64,000 bases of DNA from Squalus acanthias (GCA_030390025.1 JASTWF010000138.1:310001-374000); one strand, 5' to 3'. Counted from the stretch's first letter, positions 34,010 to 46,415 are shown. The notes: generated from the letters alone by a model not told the origin. A program made the numbers and translations.

Positions 34010-35070
34010 AGCAGAACTTTGCACAGTATTCTAAGAGCGATATGGAGACCGGAGCTCTACACAGTACAGGAAGTGTGCTATGGAGACCAGAACTCTACAC
34101 AGTACTCTAAGTGTGATATGGAGACGAGAACTGTGCACAGTACACTAAGTGTGATATGGAGAACAGAACTGTGCACAGTACACTAAGTGTGATATGGAGA
34201 ACAGAACTGTGCACAGAATTGTAAGTGTGATATGGAGACCAGAACTGTGCACAGTACACTAAGTGTGATATGGAGACCAGAACTGTGCACAGTACACTAA
34301 GTGTGATATGGAGAACAGAACTGTGCACAGTACACTAAGTGTGATATGGAGAACAGAACTGTGCACAGTACATTAAGTGTGATATGGAGAACAGAACTGT
34401 GCACAGTACATTAAGTGTGATATGGAGAACAGAACTGTGCACAGAATTGTAAGTGTAATATGGAGACCAGAACTGTGCACAGTACACTAAGTGTGATATG
34501 GAGACTACAACTGTTCACAATACTCTAAGTATGTTGTGGAGACCAGAACTGTGCTCAATGCACTAAGTGTAATATGGAGACTGGAACTCTGCAAAGTACA
34601 CTAAGTGTGATATGGAGACCAGAACTGTGCACAGTACACTAAGTGTGATATGGAGAACAGAACTGTGCACAGTACACTAAGTGTGATATGGAGAACAGAA
34701 CTGTGCACAGTTCACTAAGTGTGATATGGAGAACAGAACTGTGCACAGTACATTAAGTGTGATATGGAGAACAGAACTGTGCACAGTACATTAAGTGTGA
34801 TATGGAGAACAGAACTGTGCACAGAATTGTAAGTGTAATATGGAGACCAGAACTGTGCACAGTACACTAAGTGTGATATGGAGACTACAACTGTTCACAA
34901 TACTCTAAGTATGTTGTGGAGACCAGAACTGTGCTCAATGCACTAAGTGTAATATGGAGACTGGAACTCTGCAAAGTACACTAAGTGTGATATGGAGACC
35001 AGAAGTGTGCACAGTACTCTATACGTGGGATATGGAGACCAAAACTGTCCACAATACTCCAAGTGTGGAC
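34010..35070. repeat. 38-bp minisatellite (~27 units) with a 380-bp higher-order repeat
   Basis: Unit tacactaagtgtgatatggagaacagaactgtgcacag; a variant block at 34441 recurs at 34821. Confidence 0.95.
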
Positions 35071-35145
35071 TAACCAGGTTTCGGCAAAAGTTGAGCATAA
35101 CGCCTCACCTTTTCACAGTTTCCCCCTGTATCCCACAAAACTGAC

Positions 35146-35445
35146 CTGGCATTTTTACGCTCCATTCCGACCCACTTTGTCGAACCTGGCAGTAGATTGT
35201 GCTGCTCCCCACCTCTGACTCGGTGATGGTTAACTGGCTGCTCAGGGTGTAGGTTCCCTTCTTGTTGAACACTGACGGGTAGGTCTTCAATCCAGTGGTG
35301 ATCGGCTCTTTATCTTTACTCCAGGAAAGGCTGGTGATTTCCGGGAAGTAGTCCATCGCCAAACAGCCGTAGGTGACGGGGCCGCCGGTGTTGGGTTGTT
35401 CACAGGAGGAGAGCAGGGCGTAGAGGGTGGGAGGAGACTGTGTCG
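35146..35445 (-). CDS. IGHM: IgM Cmu1 exon
   Basis: (A)[16 protein letters not shown]...[17 protein letters not shown]...TYPSVF...YTLSSQL...IYCQV; cag acceptor, G|gtcag donor; 300 nt; probable light-chain Cys retained. Confidence 0.96.
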
Positions 35446-35894
35446 CTGGGAAAGAATGGCCAATTGAACAAGTTAGACTCTGTAATCCGTGCTTATAACA
35501 TAACCAAACAACTCGAAATGTGACTACAGGATGAACTAATTCCATCATTTGCCGATCAAAACCTAGATCAGCATTTGAGTTTCTGTGAGTTGTGAGACCC
35601 GACGTGAAACGCCTTCATGTGACTGCAGTCTTGTACATAAGAAAAGTCAGGAGTCTGAAAGGGGCATTCTGTCCATGAGGCCCCTTTATACCGAGTGAAT
35701 GCCGGAATATTGTATCGTGGACTTCCTCCAGCTCTTGATCCCCTGTTATGGAACACTCCCCTCATTCCCAACCACTTTCACATTAGATTCTTTCACATTC
35801 TGTCCACTGAGCTCCTCCCTACATCCTTTTGCTGTCAGCCTCTTATTATCAGCACAGAATCAGGCCATTCCATGATATCAAAGTGTCGTCATCT

Positions 35895-36098
35895 CTCCAT
35901 TGTAAGATGCTGCCTTAAAACCTACCTCTTTGACCAAGCTTTTGGTCAACTGTCAGAGTAACTACCAACCATACTAAAGAATAAAATGATATCTCCTTAT
36001 GTGGCTCGGTGTCAGATTGTATCTGCTTCCGCTCCTGTGAATCGTCTTGGGACGTTTTACTACGTTAAAGGCGCTATATAAATGCAAGTTGTTGTTTT
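35895..36098 (+). mobile_element. L2 LINE 3' tail
   Basis: ccttaaaacctacctctttgaccaagc...ggcgctatataaatgcaagttgttg. Confidence 0.8.
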
Positions 36099-36229
36099 CA
36101 GGGGATAGACTTGTTTGAATAGCGGTGGGATTATTTTTCCTAGTCACACAACTCCTACAGCTAGATCTACTAGTTGTATTACCTTTAAAACAAATCCCAG
36201 CATGTTTATAGAGCATGACCAGAATTATA

Positions 36230-36600
36230 AAATAATACAACTTTACAGCACAGAAGGAGGCGATTCGGCCAATCACGCCTCTGTAAGATCTCTCCACCAA
36301 TCCCGTGCACCTTCCAATTCCCAATCTTCTCAACTGTGCAATTTATCGAGCTATTATGGAGTCTGCATGCAGCCCAATTTCTGATAGGACAGCCCATGTT
36401 CAACAACCCCCTGTGTAGAAAAGTAGAATAATTTCCGCTCCCTTCATTCTGTTGCTGCTGATTTTCAATCAGTGCCATTTACTCACCAACTCACCGACCC
36501 GGGAAATATGTTTCCCGAATCCCTTCATAAAACCCTTCATAATTCCAAACCCCTCTATCAGACCTCATCTAAATCTTCTTTGTTCCCATGACAATAAAGG
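36230..36600 (-). mobile_element. Degenerate CR1 3' fragment
   Basis: acagcacagaaggaggcgattcggcc tail. Confidence 0.65.
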
Positions 36601-37149
36601 ACGTTTACAACAAATGGGTGCAGTCTCCATTAAAATGTGAACGGAATAATTATGCCCACAGATTTGAATCGGGAACTGGTTTCTAAGATTCAAGCTTTAG
36701 ATGAATCGGGATTGATTCGAGTTTCTCTCTTTCCTTCTCACAATTGGAGGGAGAGCGATGCAGTGTGACTTGTGCTCTGTCCCATTCTACTGAATGGATG
36801 TCTCCTGAGTTCCCTCCTCCCACTCACTCAATTAAATAATCCGAATTAAGTACAATTCCCAAAGCCGGTTATATGGAATGATGCTCTTTAAATGGTCCAT
36901 TTCATTTTCCAAATTACTTTTTCAACCTCCCACCAGTGAGAACAGGCGCTGCTTTCTGGGTCGTTACAGTCACTTCTTGTTGCTGTTTCTACCGAACATA
37001 ATCTAAACATCGGGACAGGTTTCTTCTCTAAATATCTAATATTGGCAATCCTTAAACATTAAAAATCGATTGGTTATCAGCGGGTTCTATGCAAGGAAGG
37101 ACAAACAATAACTAATGTGCTGACTGCTGATATGGGCAACTCTGGCTTC

Positions 37150-37828
37150 TGGTTTGTGCGGGGGTGCAAGAGCAGAGGGACCTGGGTGCTTATTCACAAA
37201 TCTGTGAAGGTGGCAGGGTAAGTTGATCAGGCGGTTCCGGAAGTGTGTGGGATACTTGCCACTGTAAAAGGGGCATTGAATACAGAAACAAGGAAGTCCT
37301 GCTAAACCTTTACAAATCACTGGTTAGGCATCAGATGGAGTAGTGTATAGAATTCTGACACCACAATTTAGGAAGGATGACAAGGCCTTGGAGAGGGTAC
37401 AGAGGAGGTTGACCAGGATGATACCAGGGATGAGAGACTTCAGCTATGCGGAGAGATTGGATAAGCTGGGATTGTTCCTTGGAGCAGAGAAGGTTAAGGG
37501 GAGACCTAATAGAGCTGTTCAAAATTGTGAGAGGTTTTGTCAGAGCAAGTCGGGAGACACGGTTTCTTCTGGCGAGTATGTCGGTAACCAAAGGTCACAG
37601 ATTTAAAATAATTGGCAAAATATCTAGAGGGGAAATGAGGCTCATTTTTTCAAACGGAGTGTTGTTAATTTCTGGAATGCTCAAGGCAACTGGACATGTT
37701 CTTGAAGAGGACTCATTTGCAGGGTTACGAGGAAAAAGCTGGGATTTGATTGGACAGCTCTTTCAGAGCCAGCACAGGCAAGACGGGCCGAATGGCCCCT
37801 TCTGTGCTCTGAGATTCTGTGATTCTAC
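37150..37828 (+). mobile_element. CR1 3' fragment in the J-C intron
   Basis: FRKDDKALERVQRRLTRMIPGMR, RGDLIELFK; gattct tail. Confidence 0.88.
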
Positions 37829-38574
37829 ACGGCTCAGCGGAATTAGTTCTTCCCGATTTAATGGAAGGAAACGCTTCATAATGTTGAACACCTCTATCAG
37901 ATCTATTTTATTGTTTGTTATAATGCAAGAGGATATTTAAAATAAAGGAACTGAGGAATTTGACACAAATGATTCAATCGGATACCGTCACAGAGTCTTA
38001 AAGCTTATTGTGAATGACGACTCATCGCAGGCTGACTGTTTCTCTTTAAATGTTCACAGAGGTGCGGCTCAGTGACTGTGAGCCTTGTGCTGTGACCCAG
38101 TCCAATAGCTGCACCTCACCCGAGTTTGTCCCGGCCTGGTACCTTTTTAAAAACAATTGAACAAAATAATGCTTTCAAACATAAGGTTCCCATGATGGTT
38201 ATTTGGAGCGGGAGTCTCGACATTCTCCATTTAAATTCTCAAAATAACTTCCCAGCCTCCCATCAGATCAGAACAGGCGCTGCTTTCTGGAGCGTTACAG
38301 TCACTTCCTGAAACTGTTTGTTCTGAAAGTGAGCTCAGGATCAGGCCAATCTCATTCAATCATTATCTGATGCTCAAAATGTTTAAATTTATTAATTCAT
38401 TAAAAAATGGGCAGTTTTATTTGCAATGAGGTTAAACTCAATTAATGCGCGGTTGTTTCATCGGAGCAATGGAAAGTTTTATTTTTATATATCTGGCTCG
38501 AGAACTCACACTTTATTAGTTGGATGCACATTCAGGTTCCTTGAACAACACGGGACAAAGCACTCATTGATCTG

Positions 38575-39146
38575 TTACAGTACAGATACAGAGTAAAGCT
38601 CCCTCTGCACTGCCCTGCCATGCGCTGTACCCTCAGGTATAGGAAGGGATTGATTCCGAGCAACGCCAAGTCTGCACAGCACTGTCAAACACTCCGGGTA
38701 AGGCACCGTACTGGTTAAATACAGAGTAAATCTCCATCTACATTTCACAATCAAACATTTCCAGGGCAGGTACAACATGGGCTAGATACAGAGTAAATTC
38801 TCCCTCTAAACTGAACCATCAAAGATTCACGGGGCATAACAGCACGGGTTAGATACAGAGTAAAGCTCCCTCTACACTGTCCAATCAAACACCCCCAGGG
38901 CAGGTACAGCACGGGTTAGAAACTGATTAAAGCTCCTTCTACACTGTCCCATCAAACACTCCCAGGGCAGGTACAGCACGGGTTAGATACAGGATAAAGC
39001 TCCCTCTACACTGTCCCATCAAACACTCCCAGGGCAGATTCAGCACGGGTTAGATACAGAGTAAAGCTCTCTCTACACTGTCCCATCAAACACACCCAGG
39101 GCAGGTATAGCACGGGTTAGATACAGAGTAAAGCTCCTTCTACAGT
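38575..39146 (-). repeat. 67-bp minisatellite (same family as 1678-2085) in the J-C intron
   Basis: Reverse complement of the 67-bp unit, ~8 units. Confidence 0.92.
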
Positions 39147-39539
39147 CTGCCAGATGTGTTTCTGAAATGCTCCTTCTGATTGTCACAAACTGGGTTACTG
39201 ATCCCAGTTCGGAGGCGCCTCCTCAAACTTAAAGTCAAACTATCGCATTTCTCACAGATACAAGCTTCTGAAATAAATGAGTCGAATTGTACTCCATGAA
39301 ACACAAGAGAACAAACCAGCAGGTTTACAACCAGTCAGGAGGACTCCTGATTCTCACACAGTGAGCAGGCGCACAGAAACAGAACAGACACAAACGGTGC
39401 AACAATCGTGCTCTCAGCAGATAGATCTGTTCAATCTGTCAATTTCAATGAAGCTGTTTGATTTCTAATTGATCTCTTGTCAATTTCCGACCACCTCAAG
39501 TCTGCACGTTTTCTGAAATTAAACTGATATTTATTTGAA

Positions 39540-42500
39540 AAACTTTCTTCGACTTCCAACCATTTCTCCCTCCCTGTCTACAATCTTACAAACAAATAAG
39601 ATTTAGCTTCCCTGAAAACAAGTTTACTGAAATAATTCACATTCCAGGGTAATTTGCTGCATATAACAGGGACTCCGTGACAGAGCAAGAATTTAACGAA
39701 CTAGGAACCACTGGGTAAATATAATTTCATAATTAAATATAACCGGTAAAATCATCGAGGCAAAACACGAAGTTACTTCATTAAAATCTGCGGCGACACC
39801 TTCTCGAGCTGAGCACAGCTGAGTAAGACATGTATTGTTTCTAAATTAATTAGACATAATTTAAAATTCTCTCCAACCCTTGAGATATTACAGTAACTGT
39901 AATCCTGTCCAGTATACAACGCAATTGTGGGAGGTCATTTATGTTTAATAAATTCGCACTCATATTATATTCTAAGTTAATATTGATGTTAGCTGCATTA
40001 TAATAAAATTAGTTGATATTAATTTTAATCCTGTTTCTGCCTGGTAACTTGTGAACTTATAGGGTTTCAATTAAATTAACATGACACTTATCAATATTAA
40101 AATATTAAAAATATTAATAGATAAAGACATTCAGACAAATATATTACTTTTACTTAAATCAAATCACATTTGAATAGTTTAAAATGGTCACTAACTTCTA
40201 ATACATTCCCGCTCTTTATCTACACACTTGTAAACTCTGCATGTTTCTGAACTCTCTGATACAACATAAACTCCATCTTTTCTCAGTGTGGATTTGACAT
40301 GATGGATTTAGGAGTGAACTATTTTAAATAGTTCAAAGTCTAGCCGTGGTCACATCTCACTAACTACCAATGGACTGTAACACCGTGTGCTTACTAAAGC
40401 AGGGCTCTCGAGTTTAAACATTGTCCTCAATCTTAACTATAAATACTATTTTCGTGAATTAAAAGACAACCGGCCAGTTTGCAGTCAGTAACAGAGACTC
40501 CGCTGTTTAATAACACAGACAATCTTTTTATACTTTACTCTAGTAATTCACACAATGCTCGTAAATTAATTATTAAATATATTCTGCTATTTATTGAAAA
40601 TCAGTTCCAGAATGATCAATGTAAAACTGGCGGAGAGCAAATCAATCAGATCATCTGCGACACTGAAATTTAATGAGCAAATGGAGGAGAGATTTTGTTG
40701 ATCAATTTAACATTAATGAGAATTAAACATAACTCTCAGATGTAATCTGTTCACTGTCTATAATTCTATCCCGTATACAGCACAGCTATGGGAGACAGGA
40801 TGTTGTTATTAAATTCAAAACTAATATTAACCTTTTGTAATTAAATTAATCTGCTTGAATGTCAATGGGTTATTTGTCTGTCTCCAGCCTTACGCAGTCT
40901 GCACCTTCCGTGAATTTAAATAGAATCATATGAACAATTCTTTGACTGCCAGCGACTGCTCAGCCTATGATCTTACAAACTGTTTAAGATTAGTTTAGTG
41001 ATAATTGTCTCGCTATCAAACAACAAATAATATTGAAGGAATAACATGGTTTCCGCTGCACAGTAAGAATTTAATAACCTGTCAGATTTATTACATTTAT
41101 ATATTGCAATTTATACTCGCATTTAATGCATAATTAAATACAATCTGTCATTCATCTGTGTGAAACAGGGAGATAACAATTAATTTCAAACCCCGCATTA
41201 AACTGAACACTGCGGTGGAATCAGTCTGCTGTTATTAAAATAATTTCAGACATAATCAGAAATTGTCTCCAGCCTCTAAAATTCTCCGCTCAGGTTAATT
41301 GTGACCAGTGCACAGCAGAATTGTGGAAGGCGAATAATGTTTAATACATTAATATTAATACTGCAGCATATTTAGTGATATTGGGCAATATTACCGCATT
41401 GTAATCGTTTGAGTTATATTAATTTAACTCTCCTTCAACCTGCAAATTGTTAATTATATAATTCGTAATTCAGTAACATTTCACCTATTAAATGTGAGCA
41501 CCGTAAACCATAGATTAATAGTTGAATCTGTAACTCTCACTTAAATAAAAACATGCATTAAATTATTTTTAAATGATTTTTGATTTATAAAACCTACTTG
41601 TTGTCTGCCTACAATCATCTTTCAAACAGTTTTAAACAGATCAGAAAACCTGCAGCAGTTCGATGTCACCGAGATTAAACATTGCAGAAACTCCAAACAG
41701 TTTCACAAACTTTACTTATTCAAAGTAACCCAGGCACACACTCTCCTCAGCAGATAAACAGCAAATCACATCACTGAGGGGCTGAATCCCGCAACAGAAC
41801 GTTTTGTGGAGAAGCAGCTTCATTCTATAAACCCTTTCAGCAGAATCAAATGTAACATTGCAAAAAAATCTCAATACAGAATCCAGCGAACCCATCTATC
41901 ACTGAACGAATTAATTATTGAAATAAACATAAATATAAAATAATGACAGCGGAATTGTGAGTAGACGGATCATGGTTAATAAATTACTATTGATAAAGCA
42001 TATTGTTGTAATTTTGGGAGTAATTCATACATTATATAATTAATTTATATTAATTTAAATCTGATTCAGGCAGCAAATTTGTAAATTATTTAGTTATTAA
42101 TTAGAATAACATTTCAAGTATTGAATATGACTGCTGGTGAACATTAAATTAATAGATGATAATGTAAATATCACAAATAAAAATACGTTAAAATATCTTC
42201 AGATTGTTTTTGGCCGCTAATGCTTTCTTTTTTCTGCCTACAATCTTATTTCAAACACTTTTAGTCACATAATGTTTACATTTGATCAGAAAACCTGCAA
42301 CCATTAGATGTCACCGAGATTAAACATTGTAGAAACGCCAAACAGTTCAACAACCGTTGGGTATTTAAAGTAACCCAGGCGCACAGTCTCATCAGCAGAT
42401 AAACACCAAATCACATCAATCAGGGACTCAATCCCTCAACAACAATTCTTTCTGAAGAAACTGTTTAATTCTATTATCCCTTTTCAGCAGAATCAAATGC

Positions 42501-42590
42501 AACAGCGCAAAAAATCTCAATACAGAATCCACCGAACCCAAGTTTCAGTGAATGAATGAATTATTGAAATAAACAGAAATATAAAATAAA
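39540..42590. repeat. Degenerate AT-rich tandem array, ~630-750-bp period, about 5 units
   Basis: Clear duplicate 41600-41945 vs 42230-42590; recurring motifs at 39575/40215/40961/41605/42233 and 39923/41319/41953. Confidence 0.65.
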
Positions 42591-42632
42591 GGCACAAATA
42601 CAACAGTTGCTGAAAGAGTGAATGTTTCTTAC

Positions 42633-42680
42633 CTGCAGTCACCGTCACCATGGTGCCTTGGCCCCAGTAGTCCATGGCGT
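42633..42680 (-). CDS. IGHJ: JH segment (AMDYWGQGTMVTVTA)
   Basis: WGxG motif; G|gtaaga donor at 42632; preceded by a 23-RSS. Confidence 0.97.
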
Positions 42681-42719
42681 CACAGTGTTACATTCCCCGG
42701 GCTGGGTCACACAATAACC
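42681..42719 (+). other. JH 23-RSS
   Basis: cacagtg + 23 nt + acaataacc. Confidence 0.95.
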
Positions 42720-43043
42720 GGCTCTGTGTAAAACAGAGAGAAATCCAACATTAGTTTAAATATTCACATCCCAGAGACAAAGTAAAGTCACGATGGATCT
42801 TCATAAAATGATAAATGTGTTAATGGATACTTTTCACTCTTTATAAATTCCCTGATGTTTTATATTTCACAGAGTAACCCATGAACAGTTAATGAAATCA
42901 CCAACTGATCAATGATTAATTATCACAGTTTATCCATGTTAAACTGTGCTAGTGGACAGTGCTGGACACAAATAGGACTTCACTGCATCTACAGTTGGAT
43001 TGTGAAAGCGACACTGACCCAGCCTCACTCAATTAGTGCTGAG

Positions 43044-43112
43044 GGTTTTTGTATTGACAGTAACTGCTGTGCCACCCAGTGTACCACAGTGAGACACGCC
43101 GTGCCAAATATT
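43044..43112 (-). other. DH2 segment (gtacactgggtgg, 43072-43084) with 12/12 RSS
   Basis: V-side cacagtg-12-ccaaatatt; J-side cacagca-12-acaaaaacc. Confidence 0.93.
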
Positions 43113-43424
43113 CCGGCGGACTGTTAACAGTAAAATACAGAGATGAAATTCCAGAGCCTCTCAAAACCCTGATTCCGACTCCCCTAAGAGTGCATCAGTG
43201 AGATATTTCAGTTTGTGCTGGTCATTATCTTTATAAAGGGGATTGGAAAACTTCTGAAGCATCTGTGCAGATTTAACACGACAATCAACACTAATAAAGC
43301 AGAACACTTTTACACATTTTTATACATCTTCATTCATTTTACCCATTATATTAATTTAAGCCTCATTTTCTCCGCCGCTCCTGCCGTGGCAGTGATCGCA
43401 GGTGTGAGCAAACTCCCTGTCTGG

Positions 43425-43504
43425 GGTTTTTGTATGAGGAGCTCGCTCTGTACAGCACCGTGACCCACTGTAGTACCACAGTGACAGGAACCCGCATAAA
43501 TACT
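43425..43504 (-). other. DH1 segment (gtactacagtgggt, 43463-43476) with 12/22 RSS
   Basis: V-side cacagtg-12-ataaatact; J-side cacggtg-22-acaaaaacc. Confidence 0.93.
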
Positions 43505-43893
43505 GCACTCACTCCCTGTTCAGTGCCGCCTCTCAACATTCACTTCAAATAGACATTCACTTCTGATCTAGTTTAGAATTTATCCAACAGTTTACACAAC
43601 GTATTAGAAAGTGAACACAGTCCCAGCCCACTCCCTCCAGGTATCAATCATATTGAAACGAGCATTAACTCCAGCTCTGCCATTGCTGACACTGTGACAG
43701 TAAACATGAGCACAGCCAAAACCTCTCTTCAGTACATCGGTTACTGTGCTAGATTTTTACCATTGAATTTTCAGTCTGTTAATTCAGTAAGAAGCGGCGT
43801 GTGGTCTGGTTCTGAACAATGCTGTTAAGATCGCGTTTAATACAATTACTGACCGTCAGATTATGATGGAAGTTGTTGAATTTCCCCTCGTTC

Positions 43894-43932
43894 TGTTCTT
43901 GTACGGGTCCAGCCCTGGTTCCTCTCGCTGTG
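43894..43932 (-). other. VH 23-RSS
   Basis: cacagcg + 23 nt (agaggaaccagggctggacccgt) + acaagaaca. Confidence 0.93.
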
Positions 43933-44241
43933 ACCCCCATCTTGCACAGTAATAGATGGCGGTGTCTTCGGTCCTCAGGTTCGTCATGTCCAAAGCGAAG
44001 ATGCTGTTTGAAGTGTCTTTGGACGCAGTAAATCGACTCTGGATCCCTGGGGCGTAGTTATTGCTCGATGACCTGAGGTACTCAAGCAGCCACTCCAGCC
44101 CCTGTCCGGGAACCTGTCGGACCCAGAACATCCAGTGGCTGCCAAGAGTGAACCCGCTGGTTTTACAGGTCAGTCTCAGGGAGCCTCCGGGACTCCCGGT
44201 CTCTGCCACTGGCTGAGTCAACACGATATCCGACTGGACAC
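43933..44241 (-). CDS. IGHV: VH exon (unrearranged)
   Basis: [10 protein letters not shown]...[10 protein letters not shown]...[12 protein letters not shown]...RFTASKD...[10 protein letters not shown](WG); acceptor tttgacag at 44242. Confidence 0.97.
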
Positions 44242-44368
44242 CTGTCAAAACAATCAAAAACCCCGAGGATTAATCCTGGAGAAATGATTCCTGACACTGT
44301 AACATTCCAGAGTGGGACTAACACTGAGACAGTAACAGTGAGAGACTTGGACAATAAAAACTACTCAC

Positions 44369-44414
44369 GGGATAAGAAAGCAAGCAACAGACTGAGAGAA
44401 ATCGCCGACCTCAT
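44369..44414 (-). CDS. IGHV: VH leader exon (MRSAISLSLLLAFLS)
   Basis: 46 nt, phase-1 donor C|gtgagt, 127-nt intron, hydrophobic signal peptide. Confidence 0.95.
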
Positions 44415-44499
44415 CCTCCTGGCAATGTGTGGGAAATGGTTCTGGCAAGAACTCACTGAGCAAACCCGCTCCCGGACTGTTGTATTCCGGTCCCAGTGA

Positions 44500-44592
44500 C
44501 CGGCCATTAAATACCCGGTAGAAGGGGCGAGGTTACAGGCGCCGCCTATTGATTCCCTGATTGAGGCGGCTACTGGATCCACGTCACACCTT
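44500..44592 (-). promoter_or_regulatory. Octamer-less VH promoter (CRE-like element, CAAT motifs, TATA-like)
   Basis: tgacgtg at 44580-44586, caatca/caata, tatttaa at 44507-44513; no ATGCAAAT nearby. Confidence 0.7.
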
Positions 44593-46249
44593 CCACATCA
44601 CCAACAGGATGGACTTATATCTTTACACTAGTTTATTGTTAAAGGTGGACTCTGTATCTGTATCAAGGGATAATTATTTGTCTGTATGGTTACAATGCAA
44701 TATGTTACTTGATACTAAATGGTGATATTGCTGTCGTGAGTGTGTTTAGTAATAATTAATTACATCGTGGATTGTAAATTAAATCCCTGTATTTCCACAC
44801 TCTTTCAGAGGTGATGTGAATCTCTAAGATGAAATTACATTGTTGGGGTCTAAATTACCTCCAGTACGTGTTTCTCTATCTCTCGCTGTCTATCCCCGCA
44901 CTCTGTAACAGTACAGTATGACCTATAATATGAATTGCTATTGATTTGTGTAACTGAATGCGGGAGATGGGTAATGTGATTCTATTTACAATGTGGATGG
45001 CTATAGCTACACGATTTGGGTCCGGAGATGAGTAGAAATACAAATGTCTCTGATTGTATTTCTCTAACTGCCCCTGAGTCTGTGACCCAGTCCTTTGAAA
45101 ATTACCTGTAAAAGTGGTCCGCTTGCCTGATAAATAAGGAGTGAGCTGACAGAGAAACATAAGAATTTTGGGGCCCGCCCGCTTCAGATCAACTTCTGAA
45201 AAAGAGAAGCTGGTGAATCAGAACCGATAACGCGATCAGCAAACCCCGGCATCCAAATCCTTGCAGCAAACTTTAATAGCGACCGACTGTGTAACATACA
45301 CTGGTATCAGGAACACAGTATATCAAGACATAGCGGTATGTTGCAGAATATCACAAGAATAAATGCTTCATCTCCCGCTGAAACAGATCACAAACTGGGC
45401 ATTTCTCTGCCCATTGGTAGCCGGGCTCTGAGAGGGCTTGTTTAGGAATTCAAATCAGCACAAATTAAACTGCACAGTGCGCGGCTGCTAATCGGTAATA
45501 AGGGAGCCCTTAGTTTCAATCAGGCTCACAACTCTGAGAATATTCAAGGAAGTGCAGCGGGTTCGAGGCAATTCCACCGATTGTTTTATTTACTTTGCGA
45601 TTCCCACTGATCTCATTACAGTGTGGGTGTGGAGTCATTAAAATCTCTCTCCAGCACTTCGTGCAGTGCTGAATAAACCGACTGAATTATCTGAATTATC
45701 TTTATTAGGATTTTTTTTAATTAATTAGCATATGGATCAATTTACTTTTTCTGCTCCTATTTTATAATATTGTGAGCAAGGAATTTACCGAAAATCATCC
45801 TTTAGATGTTATATCATGTAAAATGTTTCTTTCTTGTAAGCGCGCTGCTGAATAATTTAATGTTCAAATAGTTAAATCCCATCTTGTTTCCCAATTCATA
45901 TTCACGCCAATCTGCCCCACACAGTATTTGGCAGCAACCCAGCCGACTGCCGTCAGGGAGGCTCGAACACCCAATGTCATTTACAGGAAGCATCTGGGGG
46001 TTCTGTGCAGTGAATCAAAGATCTGTTTCCTCACTACTGACCGCTTGGCTGAAAGCCAACTTCAAACCCTTAACATTGTGAGTGAGGCCTATTGATAAAC
46101 AAATCTGCCCAGCAACAGTACTGGAGTCAATTTAATTATTTAGTTGTGTAACTGTGTGTAACTGTTCCCATCTCTCAGGATAGGAAATATATCCAGTATC
46201 TGAGACATCCTGTCAGCAGCAGCAGTCAGCTGGAGGGTCAGTCCAGCAC

Positions 46250-46415
46250 NNNNNNNNNNNNNNNNNNNNNNNNNNNNNNNNNNNNNNNNNNNNNNNNNNN
46301 NNNNNNNNNNNNNNNNNNNNNNNNNNNNNNNNNNNNNNNNNNNNNNNNNNNNNNNNNNNNNNNNNNNNNNNNNNNNNNNNNNNNNNNNNNNNNNNNNNNN
46401 NNNNNNNNNNNNNNN
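46250..46415. other. Assembly gap (166 N)
   Basis: Run of N. Confidence 1.

Noticed and set aside
34010-35070. CRISPR-like array (38-bp partly palindromic repeats)
   Set aside because: Units are contiguous with no unique spacers, there are no cas genes, and the context is a vertebrate intron; the same applies to the 67-, 53- and 27-bp arrays
43690-43696. Third D segment between V and D1
   Set aside because: Lone cactgtg heptamer with no nonamer at 12 or 23 nt and no partner heptamer
42633-44241. Germline-joined VDJ, or IgW/IgNAR identity
   Set aside because: All segments are separate with intact RSS; four C exons, a mu-type tailpiece and a conventional VH with CH1 indicate IgM
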